A stretch of 64,000 nt of DNA, taken from assembly GCA_001783215.1 (NCBI GenBank), contig MFRA01000001.1, forward strand, positions 62,161-126,160, in the 5' to 3' direction. The translations under genes and the position numbers were made by a program. The DNA comes from Candidatus Magasanikbacteria bacterium RIFOXYD1_FULL_40_23 (lineage in GTDB: Bacteria; Patescibacteriota; Patescibacteriia; Magasanikbacterales; GWA2-37-8). This document shows, piece after piece, positions 9,153-18,614 of this stretch. The stretch's first letter is position 1. The number at the start of each line of letters is the position of its first letter. The notes beneath the pieces were generated by a model. The model made no database searches, was not told the origin of the DNA, and was given only the letters and a program-made list of their open reading frames with translations.

Positions 9153-10226
9153 ATGCCAAAAACAAAAATAAAACAAAAAATTCTTATTGCTATGAGTGGC
9201 GGGGTAGATTCTTCTGTAGCCGCAGCTCTTTTGGTTGCCAAAGGATACAATGTCACTGGCGCATTTATGGTTAATTATGACGAAGCCAAAGGCACAGAGC
9301 GTTGTTGGACAGGGGATTATCAAGACGCTTTGCGAGTGGCTGCCAAAGTAGGCATTCCGCTTCTGCGTTGGGATTTTGTAAAAGATTATAAAAAAACAGT
9401 TTTGGATTATATGTATAGCGAATACAAGCTTGGGCGAACTCCAAACCCAGATGTTTTGTGCAATAAATTTATAAAATTTGGCGCTTGGCTCGCAAAAGCC
9501 AAAGAACTTGGTTTTGATAAAATTGCTACTGGTCATTATACTGGTGTGCGACAAGATAAGAAAACAAAAATGTTTGAGTTGGTGCAAGCCAAAGACAAAA
9601 ACAAAGATCAAACATATTTTTTGCATCAATTAAATCAAGAGCAGTTAGCGCACACATTATTTCCAATTGGTAATTACACCAAACCGCAAATTAGAAAATT
9701 GGCCAAAAAATTTGGTTTGCCAAATGCGGAAAAAGAAGAAAGCATGGGTATCTGTTTTGTTGGTGAGGTGCCGATGAAAGATTTTTTGATGAAAGAAATT
9801 AAATCTAAAAAAGGGAAAATAATTTTAAGCACCGGAGAAGTTATAGGCGAACACGACGGTTTGCCGTTTTATACTATTGGCCAAAGAAACTTGGGAGTAA
9901 AAACAGATTCTAACAAGCCGTTGTATGTTGTAGATAAAAGAGGTGAGAGTAATGAGTTGGTGGTTGGATACGAAAATGATAAGTTGTTATATAAAAAAGA
10001 AGCAGAAGTTGTAGATGTGAGCTGGGTTAATGAGAAAAAAATTAAATTACCTTTAAATTGTGAAGTTCGTTTGCGCCATCGTCAGCCGTTACAGAAAGTA
10101 AAAGTAGAAATGAAAGGTGGTAAAGTAATTTTAAAGTTTTTCAAATCTCAACGAGCCGTAACCCCGGGTCAGTTTGCTGTATTTTATAAAAAAGATTTGT
10201 GTTTGGGTGGGGGAGTGATTGTTTAA
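9153..10226 (+). CDS. mnmA: tRNA-specific 2-thiouridylase MnmA
   Basis: PP-loop ILIAMSGGVDSSVAAALL; length and C-terminal domain typical of MnmA/TrmU. Confidence 0.9.
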   Translation: MPKTKIKQKILIAMSGGVDSSVAAALLVAKGYNVTGAFMVNYDEAKGTERCWTGDYQDALRVAAKVGIPLLRWDFVKDYKKTVLDYMYSEYKLGRTPNPDVLCNKFIKFGAWLAKAKELGFDKIATGHYTGVRQDKKTKMFELVQAKDKNKDQTYFLHQLNQEQLAHTLFPIGNYTKPQIRKLAKKFGLPNAEKEESMGICFVGEVPMKDFLMKEIKSKKGKIILSTGEVIGEHDGLPFYTIGQRNLGVKTDSNKPLYVVDKRGESNELVVGYENDKLLYKKEAEVVDVSWVNEKKIKLPLNCEVRLRHRQPLQKVKVEMKGGKVILKFFKSQRAVTPGQFAVFYKKDLCLGGGVIV

Positions 10227-10323
10227 AAAAAAGTGACCTACCAGTCTGCTCTACGCGTCTGCCGCTTCCCCAAAATTAGGTAGGCGGTGACATGCGGGAT
10301 TGCGCAGGACAAACTGATAAGTC
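10225..10323 (-). ncRNA. candidate ~100-nt small transcript antisense-oriented at mnmA 3' end
   Basis: minus-strand TTGACA(10358-10353)-17-TAGTCT(10335-10330) promoter; hairpin CCTACC(10237-42)...GGTAGG(10279-84) followed on minus strand by T-run (A-run 10225-10232 on plus); only a 24-codon SD-less ORF inside. Confidence 0.25.
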
Positions 10324-10931
10324 ATTTTTAGACTATGCTTATTTTTGTGTTTTGTCAATGCTATTAATAGGAGGGGATTTTTTTGAATAAAAAAAGGCCT
10401 CTGTCGACGCACTACTTTACCAGCCCTACGTTCGGCGGAGTGCACAAAGACGTTGTCGTCTGTGCTACCGTCCTGTGGAGATTGTTTCAGCTCCGTGAAC
10501 GTAATCGTTGGGGTGGGGTTGTAGATGCGCCTAAGAGGCCAAAGTCTATGGGTGTGCGTGTAGGATTGCGCTTTGCCTAAGCTAGGCGCTTTGGGATAAC
10601 TATTCCCAGTCCGGTTTGCTTGCTAGCTTTGCAGCTAGGGCGAAAACGGGCCCCGTCTACGCAGTTTTTTCTCCTGTTTGTTGTTTCGAGGTGGTTGATA
10701 GTGGTCGTTTCCTTCTACGTTGCAGGTCTCCTTAGAAGGAGTAGGGAGCCTGCCAACTCCAGTGTGCTGTGCGCGAGATGAGGACGGAGTTGTTGTCCTC
10801 GTTTTGAACCAGTTAACGTTCGTAAGTTTGGGTTACCGTGTTGTCTACCTAAGTGGCATGGCCAAAGGGATCTACCCCAGGTCCCGCTGGGGAACACGGT
10901 TCGCGACAGCAAAAAGAAAATACCACATCCC

Positions 10932-12887
10932 TTGAATTTTGTCAAGGGGGGTGGTATGATTTATTCGAAAACTATTATGCTAACCACAAAACAAATCCGT
11001 CAAAAATATCTAGACTTTTTTCAATCAAAAGGCCATGCAGTTATGGCTTCTGCTTTGCTTATTCCAGACAATGACCCAACTACGCTTTTTACTGGCTCCG
11101 GCATGCAGCCAATGGTGCCGTATTTATTGGGTCAAAAGCATCCGCTTGGAACTCGTATTGCCGATTCTCAAAAATGTTTTCGTAGCCAAGACATAGACGA
11201 AGTAGGTGACAATCGCCATACTGTATTTTTTGAAATGCTTGGCAATTGGTCTTTGGGTGATTATTTCAAAAACGAACAAATCCCGTGGATGTGGGAATTT
11301 ATTACCAAAGAATTAAATTTGGATCCAAAGAAATTATATTTTACTTGTTTTAAAGGTAATGAAAGTTTGGGAATTCCAAAAGACGAAGAATCGGCTGGCC
11401 TTTGGCAAAAACAATTTGCAAGTATTGGTATAGATGCCAAAGTGGGCGAGAATCCAGAAGTAAATGGTATGGGCGAAGGCGAGCGTATTTTTTATTACGA
11501 TGAAAAGAAAAACTGGTGGAGCCGAAGCGGTGTGCCGGGCAATATGCCAGAGGGTGAACCAGGCGGACCAGACACAGAAATGTTTTGGGATTTTGGCGTA
11601 GAGCTTGGCCAACACGCCAAATCCAAATATTCTTCACAGCCTTGCCATGTAAATTGTGACTGCGGTCGGTTTATGGAAATCGGCAACAATGTATTTATGC
11701 AGTATAAAAAAACTGCTGCTGGTTTTGAATTATTATCACAAAAAAATGTAGACTTCGGCGGTGGATTAGAACGTATGGCCGCTGCCGTAAACAACGACAT
11801 GGATATTTTTAAAATAGATCTATTTGATGGCATGCGACAGAAATTAGAAGATTTGTCTGGTAAACAATATGGTGCTTTTGAAAAAGAAACCTACGCATTT
11901 CGTGTGGTCATGGATCATTTACGTGCAGCTACATTTTTGGTAGGCGACGGTGTTTTTCCTTCCAACAAAGATCAGGGTTATTATGTTCGCCGTCTTATCC
12001 GTCGTTCAGTTCGTTTTGCAGAATGGCTTGGTATTACCGAAAATTTTACTACAAAAATTGTTGAATCTGTTATTCTTCAGTATGAAGATGCCTATCCAAA
12101 TTTAGTGGAGAAAAAAGACTCCATTTTAGATGGTGTTAGTAAGGAAGAAGAGAAGTTTCGTCGTACTTTATCGCAGGGCTTAAAAATTTTTAGAGAAAAA
12201 ACCGCAACTTTATCTGAAGGTCAAACAATTTCAACTGAAGATGCTTTTGATTTATATCAATCCTATGGATTTCCTATTGAGCTAACCGAGGATTTAGCAA
12301 GAGAAAATGGTCTTATTTTAGATCGGTTAGCTTTTGATGCTAAACGTAAAGAACACCAAGAATTATCTCGTGCCGGCGGAGAACAAAAGTTCCACGGCGG
12401 TTTGGCAGATCATTCCGAAATTTCTACCAGGTATCATACTGCCACTCACTTGCTTCATGCGGTGTTGCTCAAAATTTTGGGCCCACACGCTCTTCAACGT
12501 GGAAGTAATATTACCCAAGAACGCATGCGTTTTGATTTTCCTCATCCACAAAAAATGACTCCAGAAGAAATTAAACTAGCCGAAGATTTGGTAAACGCTG
12601 CTATTGCCAAAGATTATCCAGTAAGTTGGGCTGAAATGTCTTTTGAAGAAGCTAAGGCCAAAGGTGCCATTGGTTTATTTGAAGATAGATATCAGCCAAT
12701 TGTAAAAGTATATACAATGGGAGATATAAACGAAAAAGCTGTAGCAGACCCAAGCTCACCAACCTTTAGTAGAGAAGTCTGTGGTGGTCCGCATGTAGAA
12801 CACACCGGTTTGGTAGGTAAATTTAAAATTGTAAAAGAAGAGGCGGTTAGCGCGGGGATGAGAAGAATAAAAGCAATTATAGAATAA
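10932..12887 (+). CDS. alaS: alanyl-tRNA synthetase, short form lacking C-terminal C-Ala domain; true start probably internal Met near 10977
   Basis: QIRQKYLDFFQSKGH N-terminal AlaRS signature, editing-domain HTATHLLHAV (HxxxH) and CGGPHVEH zinc motif; ORF ends shortly after editing domain. Confidence 0.9.
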   Translation: MNFVKGGGMIYSKTIMLTTKQIRQKYLDFFQSKGHAVMASALLIPDNDPTTLFTGSGMQPMVPYLLGQKHPLGTRIADSQKCFRSQDIDEVGDNRHTVFFEMLGNWSLGDYFKNEQIPWMWEFITKELNLDPKKLYFTCFKGNESLGIPKDEESAGLWQKQFASIGIDAKVGENPEVNGMGEGERIFYYDEKKNWWSRSGVPGNMPEGEPGGPDTEMFWDFGVELGQHAKSKYSSQPCHVNCDCGRFMEIGNNVFMQYKKTAAGFELLSQKNVDFGGGLERMAAAVNNDMDIFKIDLFDGMRQKLEDLSGKQYGAFEKETYAFRVVMDHLRAATFLVGDGVFPSNKDQGYYVRRLIRRSVRFAEWLGITENFTTKIVESVILQYEDAYPNLVEKKDSILDGVSKEEEKFRRTLSQGLKIFREKTATLSEGQTISTEDAFDLYQSYGFPIELTEDLARENGLILDRLAFDAKRKEHQELSRAGGEQKFHGGLADHSEISTRYHTATHLLHAVLLKILGPHALQRGSNITQERMRFDFPHPQKMTPEEIKLAEDLVNAAIAKDYPVSWAEMSFEEAKAKGAIGLFEDRYQPIVKVYTMGDINEKAVADPSSPTFSREVCGGPHVEHTGLVGKFKIVKEEAVSAGMRRIKAIIE

Positions 12888-12892
12888 GTTTT

Positions 12893-13546
12893 ATGTCAGA
12901 AGTCCCTTTTAAACACGAGCTAGAAGAAAGCGAATATAGACCAAGCACTACAGATGCCCTCAAGTCTTTTAAAGACCGTCCGGACAAGGTGGTCAGAGTA
13001 TATGATGGCGGCAGGACAGATTATAAGGAACATATTGCGGAGCTAAATGAAAGCAAAAAACATTTTAAAGAAATGGAAGAAGAATACGGTATCCGAGTGG
13101 TGAATATGGATTTTGTAATTGGCAAAGACGAAAACGATAGAGTTGTTACATATACAGTCGTAGATAATATAATCGGTAAAAATTTAGATAAAATTTATGA
13201 ATTCCCGACTGCTTTAAAGCAAAAAGTAGAGAACCTTTTTTATTCTTTAGCAAAATATTATAATGACAAGTTTGATGCTAAGACCAAATTTTGGTCAGAT
13301 TTCAGAAACGATCAATTTGTTTATGGTCACAAAATTAATGAAACAGAAGATAGCTTTTATCTGGTAGATGTAGATCCGGCAATTTCTAACGTAAAAGGCA
13401 GTGAATTTTTTTTTGCAGAAATTATCGATTGTTTGTGGCATTATTTGCTAAAGGTTGAAAAAAGATTTAAACCGCCGGTAGAATTTTCTAAAACTAGACA
13501 AATGATTGCTGAAATCAAAGATAAAATTTCTAAGGAATCAAAATAA
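12893..13546 (+). CDS. hypothetical protein
   Basis: 217-aa ORF, hydrophilic, no motif I can assign. Confidence 0.5.
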   Translation: MSEVPFKHELEESEYRPSTTDALKSFKDRPDKVVRVYDGGRTDYKEHIAELNESKKHFKEMEEEYGIRVVNMDFVIGKDENDRVVTYTVVDNIIGKNLDKIYEFPTALKQKVENLFYSLAKYYNDKFDAKTKFWSDFRNDQFVYGHKINETEDSFYLVDVDPAISNVKGSEFFFAEIIDCLWHYLLKVEKRFKPPVEFSKTRQMIAEIKDKISKESK

Positions 13547-13550
13547 ATAT

Positions 13551-13997
13551 ATGGTCAAAAAAATAGCAATGCATCTTTGGTTAGCCCGTCATCAGTTTAT
13601 ACGCTATTTTTTTGTTGGCTTTAGCGGTCTATTTTTGGATATGGGTACGCTGTATGTGCTTACAGACCTTTTGCATATCAGGCCAGTGTTGGCAGTAGGC
13701 ATAAATGGTCTAGTTATGCTTAACTATATATTTTTCTTAAATAAATACTGGACATTTAAATCAAACGGCGTTACTCATAAGCAAATGATTAAATACTTTG
13801 TTTTGTCTGGATTTAATTACGTGGTTGCGATTATTTGGATGTATTTTTTCAATGAAAAACTGGGTATAAATCACTTGTTAGCTAGAGTCTCCAATATCAT
13901 CGTTTCGGTAGCTTGGAACTTCTTATTATACAAGTTTTGGGTCTATAAACACCAAGATTCAGGAGAAGTTTTGGAAATCCCAGTAAAAAACGGCTAA
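13551..13997 (+). CDS. GtrA-like small membrane protein (start taken at MVKKIAM after upstream stop)
   Basis: four hydrophobic segments and RYFFVGFSGLFLDMG N-terminal region typical of GtrA family. Confidence 0.65.
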   Translation: MVKKIAMHLWLARHQFIRYFFVGFSGLFLDMGTLYVLTDLLHIRPVLAVGINGLVMLNYIFFLNKYWTFKSNGVTHKQMIKYFVLSGFNYVVAIIWMYFFNEKLGINHLLARVSNIIVSVAWNFLLYKFWVYKHQDSGEVLEIPVKNG

Positions 13998-14078
13998 AAT
14001 GTGTATAACAGTCGTTTTTTGCTCTTGACTTAGTTTAAATTTTAGGCTAAGATATAACAGTTATTAATTTCAAAAACA

Positions 14079-14294
14079 ATGGCTAAAACAGACCTAATAG
14101 AGTTAAAAGGCAGGATAGAAGAGCTTTTGCCGGCCACAACTTTTAAAGTAAAGTTGGAAAGCGGCCAAATTGTGCTCGGTCATTTGTCAGGTAAATTAAG
14201 AATGAACAAGATCAGATTGAGCCTTGGGGATAGTGTAAGGGTAGAAATGACCCCATACGACTTGACAAAAGGACGAATAACGTATAGATTCTAG
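14079..14294 (+). CDS. infA: translation initiation factor IF-1
   Basis: 71 aa, S1-like IF-1 sequence ...[38 protein letters not shown]. Confidence 0.9.
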   Translation: MAKTDLIELKGRIEELLPATTFKVKLESGQIVLGHLSGKLRMNKIRLSLGDSVRVEMTPYDLTKGRITYRF

Positions 14295-14335
14295 GCAGGA
14301 TAACAATTAAATTTCATCTAGGCCAGTAAAGCCGA

Positions 14336-14400
14336 AGAGTATAGGGGCTAAAGCCCATATATTCATCTCGGCCTCACAAATAAGAATAAATTCTTATTTG
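14336..14400 (+). repeat. partial/diverged copy of the intergenic hairpin repeat (see 17251, 47476, 56441)
   Basis: tataggggctaaagcccatatat core shared with the three full copies; followed by second hairpin tcggcctcacaaataagaataaattcttatttggttcggcc. Confidence 0.4.
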
Positions 14401-14563
14401 GTTCGGCCTTCAATGAATATCAACCATTGCGGTGTAGCTGGATAGTAGTTATACAACGTCTAAATGTCCGTATAACTTAACCATCTGGTGCTGATATCGC
14501 GGCAGTGGTTGGTATTTTTTGAAACTAAAAATCAGATTAATAAAAATTCATTAGTACAAATCT

Positions 14564-14677
14564 ATGAAAGTTCGAGTATCCGTAAAGAAAATGTGTATCA
14601 AATGTAAGACAGTGCGCCGTAAAGCACGCGTTTGTGTTATCTGCGAAAATCCAAAGCACAAACAAAGACAAGGTTAA
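14564..14677 (+). CDS. rpmJ: ribosomal protein L36 (37 aa; below ORF-track size cut-off)
   Basis: translation [37 protein letters not shown] with C-x2-C-x12-C-x4-H zinc ribbon; position between infA and rpsM. Confidence 0.85.
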   Translation: MKVRVSVKKMCIKCKTVRRKARVCVICENPKHKQRQG

Positions 14678-14715
14678 TTATATTATTTTAAATAACAAAT
14701 CTTAAATTCCAAAGT

Positions 14716-15102
14716 ATGAGAGTAGCCGGCATAAGCATTCCTAAAGAAAAAAGAATCGTAGTCGCCCTAAACTATATTTATGGCGTTGGCCCAACATTAT
14801 CCAAAAAGATTTTGGCCAAAGCAAAAATTGACGAAAATACTCGCACCAAGAATCTTACTCCAGAGCAAGAAGATGCTTTGCGTTTGATAATTGAAAAAGA
14901 ATATAAAACAGAAGGTGACTTACGTCGTGAAGTGCAGGCTAATATCAAACGCTTAAAAGATATCAAAGCTTACAGAGGTATTCGCCACATGAAGCACTTG
15001 CCAGTAAGAGGTCAACGCACCAAAACCAACTCCCGCACTGTTCGCGGCAATGTTCGCAAGACTATGGGAAGTGGTCGTAAGCCAGAAGGTTTGAAGACCT
15101 AA
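14716..15102 (+). CDS. rpsM: ribosomal protein S13
   Basis: MRVAGISIPKEKRIVVALNYIYGVGPTLSKKIL S13 N-terminus; conserved order rpmJ-rpsM-rpsK-rpsD-rpoA-rplQ. Confidence 0.95.
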   Translation: MRVAGISIPKEKRIVVALNYIYGVGPTLSKKILAKAKIDENTRTKNLTPEQEDALRLIIEKEYKTEGDLRREVQANIKRLKDIKAYRGIRHMKHLPVRGQRTKTNSRTVRGNVRKTMGSGRKPEGLKT

Positions 15103-15197
15103 AGCTTGCTAGTTTTTAATTTACAGCGTCGGGTTTCAAAGGACGTTACCCGACATGATTTCGCTAAATCAACAAATCAGATAATAATATTCAAAAT

Positions 15198-15647
15198 ATG
15201 TCAGACGCTCAAACACAAGTAAACCCAACTGCCACCGAAGCTGTTTCAGCCGGTAAAGCTCCAGTTGTTAAAAAAGGCAAGAAAAAGAAGGTTGTAAAAC
15301 AGATTTCCAACGGAAATGCTTTTATTCAAGCTTCATACAACAACACTATTGTTAGTATCACCGATGCAAACGGCGATGTTTTAAGCTGGTCTTCTTCTGG
15401 TAAAGTAGGTTTTAAAGGACCAAAGAAAGCTACTCCTTATGCTGCCGGTATGGTAGTAAAAGATGCGGTAGATAAAATTGCTGCTTACGGACTAAAAGAT
15501 ATCCATGTATTTGTAAAAGGCATTGGTGGTGGCCGAGAAGGCGCTATCCGTGGTTTACACCTAAATGGTCTTAATGTTTTATCCATCAGCGACGTCACCC
15601 CGATTCCACACAATGGTTGCCGCGCTCCGGGAAGACGCAGAGTTTAA
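15198..15647 (+). CDS. rpsK: ribosomal protein S11
   Basis: [29 protein letters not shown]11 core. Confidence 0.95.
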   Translation: MSDAQTQVNPTATEAVSAGKAPVVKKGKKKKVVKQISNGNAFIQASYNNTIVSITDANGDVLSWSSSGKVGFKGPKKATPYAAGMVVKDAVDKIAAYGLKDIHVFVKGIGGGREGAIRGLHLNGLNVLSISDVTPIPHNGCRAPGRRRV

Positions 15648-15746
15648 TATAAGCAAAGCTTGAAATTTCGTCGGGCTTCGCAAAAATAAAATAAATTTTC
15701 TTTTTAACTCACCCCTAGAAATTATAAATTACTATAAAAACCAAGT

Positions 15747-16355
15747 ATGGCAAGAGATCTAAAACCAAAACACAAATTTTGCAGAAAATACGGACAGAAG
15801 CTTTGTGATTCTCCAAAATGTCCAGTTACCAAGCGCAGTTATGCCGCTGGTGTTCATGGTCCAAGTAAGAAACACACCAAGCAATCTGTTTATGGTAAAC
15901 AATTATTTGAAAAACAAAAAGCCAAACAATTGTATGGTTTGTTAGAAAAACAGTTTTCAAACTACGTAGCTGAAGCTTCAAACAAAACCGGTGACACTTC
16001 CAAATTTTTGGTTAACTATTTAGAATCTAGACTAGACAATGTTATTTACCGTGCCGGACTTGCATCTTCCAGACGTGCCGGCAGACAATTGGTAAGTCAC
16101 GGTCATATTCTTGTAAATGGAAAGAAATTAGATATTCCTTCTTACCGCGTACGTGTAGGAGAAGAGATTTCTTTGTCCGACAAGAGTAAAGCAAGTGCGC
16201 TTTTTGAAAAGATTTCCGAAAAATTAAGTAAGGTAGAAGCGCCAGGTTGGTTAGGTCTTGATCCAAAAAAAGTTTCTGCCAAAGTGCTTAATGCTCCAAC
16301 TGTGGATGATCCAGGTTACGATGCAAAGTCTATCATTGAGTTTTACTCACGCTAA
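15747..16355 (+). CDS. rpsD: ribosomal protein S4
   Basis: MARDLKPKHKFCRKYGQKLCDSPKCP zinc-binding S4 N-terminus, S4 RNA-binding domain. Confidence 0.95.
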   Translation: MARDLKPKHKFCRKYGQKLCDSPKCPVTKRSYAAGVHGPSKKHTKQSVYGKQLFEKQKAKQLYGLLEKQFSNYVAEASNKTGDTSKFLVNYLESRLDNVIYRAGLASSRRAGRQLVSHGHILVNGKKLDIPSYRVRVGEEISLSDKSKASALFEKISEKLSKVEAPGWLGLDPKKVSAKVLNAPTVDDPGYDAKSIIEFYSR

Positions 16356-16435
16356 TAAATAACGGTCGCCTTTGCTACGGCTTCGGCGCACCAAAGGAGG
16401 GGACATTCCCCACATAAACTAAATAAGTTAAAACT

Positions 16436-17233
16436 ATGGAAAATCTATTACTACCATCAAAAGTAGAGTTCGTGCCAGGCGACAGTCCAAACAAAGGGTC
16501 TCTAGTTGTATCTCCTTGTTTTTATGGTTATGGCACCACTTTAGGTAATACACTAAGACGTGTTTTGTTATCTTCTTTGCCAGGAGCTGCTGTAGAGGCG
16601 CTCAAAATCAAAGGCGTTCAACACGAATTTAGTTCTGCCGATGGATTAAAGGAAGATGTTATTGATATTATTTTAAACTTAAAACAATTGGCTGTAAGAG
16701 TATTTACCGAAGAGCCAGTTACTTTGCATATTAGTAAAAAAGGCCCTGGTCTAGTTACTGGTGCCGACATTGAAGCAAATTCCAATGCCGAAGTTATGAA
16801 CCCAGAATTGGTTTTGGCTACACTTACTTCCAGCAAACCTTTTGAAATGGATTTGATTGTTGGTCGTGGTCGTGGTTTCCGCCCTGTAGAAGAAAAAGAC
16901 AAAAAACATTATGATTTGGGAACTATCGTAATTGATTCTATTTATACTCCAATCAAAGATGTTGGCTACAATGTTGAATATACTCGCGTGGGTGATATTA
17001 CTAACTACGAAAAGCTAACTTTGAATATCGAAACCAACGGTACAATTTCTCCTGGTGAAGCCGTAAAGCAAACCGTTCAAATTATTATGGATCACTTCTC
17101 AGTTATTTCTGGCGCTGCCAATGAAATGGTTTTGGATATGCCAATGCCTGTTGTAGCAAAAGCAGAAGAGAGTGAAGAAGAAGACGAAGAAAAGAAAGTT
17201 AAGAAAGCAAAAAAAGTTTCTAAGAAAAAGTAA
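16436..17233 (+). CDS. rpoA: RNA polymerase alpha subunit, N-terminal domain only (no alpha-CTD); ends in short acidic/lysine tail
   Basis: alpha-NTD sequence FVPGDSPNKGSLVVSPCFYGYGTTLGNTLRRVLLSSLPGAAV...; 265 aa ends EESEEEDEEKKVKKAKKVSKKK with no helix-hairpin-helix CTD. Confidence 0.9.
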   Translation: MENLLLPSKVEFVPGDSPNKGSLVVSPCFYGYGTTLGNTLRRVLLSSLPGAAVEALKIKGVQHEFSSADGLKEDVIDIILNLKQLAVRVFTEEPVTLHISKKGPGLVTGADIEANSNAEVMNPELVLATLTSSKPFEMDLIVGRGRGFRPVEEKDKKHYDLGTIVIDSIYTPIKDVGYNVEYTRVGDITNYEKLTLNIETNGTISPGEAVKQTVQIIMDHFSVISGAANEMVLDMPMPVVAKAEESEEEDEEKKVKKAKKVSKKK

Positions 17234-17250
17234 TTTAAATCAGAAAGGGC

Positions 17251-17332
17251 TATTATATGGGCTAAAGCCCATATATACTCATTCACTCGGAAATAAACTA
17301 GCAAGCTATTTATTTCCTCATTCAATTCGTAT
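17251..17332 (+). repeat. ~85-bp intergenic repeat with hairpin ATATGGGC-TAAA-GCCCATAT, abutting rplQ start codon
   Basis: tattatatgggctaaagcccatatatactcattcactcgg...cattcaattcgtat immediately followed by ATG of rplQ; two further full copies in window. Confidence 0.8.
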
Positions 17333-17683
17333 ATGAGACATAAGAGCAAAAAAGTTACCCTAGATAGAAAAACAGCTGCGCGCCGATCTCTAATGGCCAA
17401 TATGGCAGAGAGCTTGGTTTTGTATGAAAAGATAAAAACTACCAAGGCCAAAGCCAAGGCTGTTCGTTCTTATGTAGAACGACTTATAACCAAAGCCAAA
17501 GGCCAAGACCTTACTGCTCGCAGAGAGCTAATGAAAGTTTTGTATACCGAAAATGCTATCAAGAAATTGTTGGAAGTGCTTGCTCCAAAATACAAAGATA
17601 GAAAAGGCGGCTATACCAGAATAGTTCTGTTCAAAAACAGAAAAGGTGACGGAGCCGAAGAGGTAATTCTAGAATTAGTTTAA
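17333..17683 (+). CDS. rplQ: ribosomal protein L17
   Basis: MRHKSKKVTLDRKTAARRSLMANMAESL L17 signature. Confidence 0.95.
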   Translation: MRHKSKKVTLDRKTAARRSLMANMAESLVLYEKIKTTKAKAKAVRSYVERLITKAKGQDLTARRELMKVLYTENAIKKLLEVLAPKYKDRKGGYTRIVLFKNRKGDGAEEVILELV

Positions 17684-17696
17684 TTATCCACATTAT

Positions 17697-18044
17697 ATGA
17701 AAAGAGAAAAGTTTACCATCGACGCTTCTGGCCAAATAGTTGGCCGACTAGCTACCAAAATAGCCATGATTTTGATGGGAAAAAATAAACCAGATTTTCA
17801 ACCACATATTGATTCCGGAGATAAAGTAGAAATTTTAAATGTGGGTGAACTTCGTTTTACCGGCAAAAAAATGGATGCCAAAGGATTTAGACACCACAGT
17901 AACTACCCAGGTGGTTTAAAGACTGTTATGGTGAAAGATTTGATGAGAGATAATCCAAAAGAAGTTATTTTGCACGCTGTTTCTAGAATGTTGCCAAAAA
18001 ACAAAACAAGAACTACCAGATTAAAACGCGTATCTTTCAAATAA
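17697..18044 (+). CDS. rplM: ribosomal protein L13
   Basis: L13-like sequence, position upstream of rpsI. Confidence 0.9.
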   Translation: MKREKFTIDASGQIVGRLATKIAMILMGKNKPDFQPHIDSGDKVEILNVGELRFTGKKMDAKGFRHHSNYPGGLKTVMVKDLMRDNPKEVILHAVSRMLPKNKTRTTRLKRVSFK

Positions 18045-18060
18045 ATAATAGAACTGATGT

Positions 18061-18504
18061 ATGACAAAAATTGTTAAGAAAAAAGTAGAGAAAAAAGAAG
18101 AAAAATCTGCCGATAAAGGTGAGATGATTCGTACCGTAGGCCGCCGCAAAAGAGCTGCTGCTCGCGTGCAAATCAAACCAGGTACCGGAGAAATTACCGT
18201 AAATGGTAAGCCTTTGGCTGAATACTTTCCATATTTTGAATGGCAAAATATCGTAAAGGCTCCCCTTGCTGCTACTGGAAAAGAAAAAACTTTTGATGTT
18301 TCTATAAAAATCAATGGTGGCGGCAAAAAAGGCCAAGCTGTTTCTGTACAGTTGGGAATTGCCCGCGCTTTGGTAAAATGGAACGAAGATTTAAAGAAAG
18401 CTTTAAAGACTCAAGGATACCTAACCAGAGATGCTCGTATCAAGGAAAGAAAGAAGCCAGGTTTGAAGAAAGCTCGCAGAGCTCCACAGTGGTCCAAACG
18501 TTAA
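18061..18504 (+). CDS. rpsI: ribosomal protein S9
   Basis: C-terminal KKPGLKKARRAPQWSKR S9 signature. Confidence 0.95.
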   Translation: MTKIVKKKVEKKEEKSADKGEMIRTVGRRKRAAARVQIKPGTGEITVNGKPLAEYFPYFEWQNIVKAPLAATGKEKTFDVSIKINGGGKKGQAVSVQLGIARALVKWNEDLKKALKTQGYLTRDARIKERKKPGLKKARRAPQWSKR

Positions 18505-18521
18505 TACAAATTTTATTTCAG

Positions 18522-18550
18522 AAAAGCTCCGATTCGGGGCTTTTTTGTTT
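18522..18550 (+). terminator. intrinsic terminator after rpsI
   Basis: aagctccgattcggggctttttt hairpin plus T-run. Confidence 0.55.
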
Positions 18551-18614
18551 AGTTTGCTTTTTATATTTTTTATTGTTATACTCGGGTCAAGTTAATTAAA
18601 AAATTTAGTAATTT

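Noticed and set aside
8830-9629. Minus-strand ORFs 8830-9051, 8970-9629 and 8984-9256.
   Set aside because: They overlap the mnmA start and the candidate ncRNA. They are low-complexity and there is no expression signal. They look like read-through frames of AT-rich or RNA-coding sequence.
10383-10580. TTG-start ORF with an upstream GGAGGGG box in the mnmA-alaS spacer.
   Set aside because: There is no promoter. The Arg/Gly/Val-rich composition is typical of GC-rich non-coding DNA. The ending ...LRFA is not a recognisable tmRNA tag. It is kept only as a remote possibility.
10700-10931. T-box leader upstream of alaS.
   Set aside because: The only resemblance is GGGTTACCGTG. The canonical T-box UGGN and the AGAGA/specifier features were not found, and there is no terminator/antiterminator pair with a T-run.
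8870-10931. tmRNA or SRP RNA in the GC-rich non-coding stretches.
   Set aside because: I could not find a tRNA-like T-arm or CCA-proximal acceptor pairing, a plausible ...ALAA tag reading frame, or the SRP GGAA/AGCAGC domain IV motif.
16618-18336. Antisense ORFs inside rpoA, rplQ and rpsI (16618-16902, 17092-17457, 18021-18326, 18037-18336).
   Set aside because: They lie opposite highly conserved ribosomal and RNAP genes. They are low-complexity (S/F-rich) and carry no signals.
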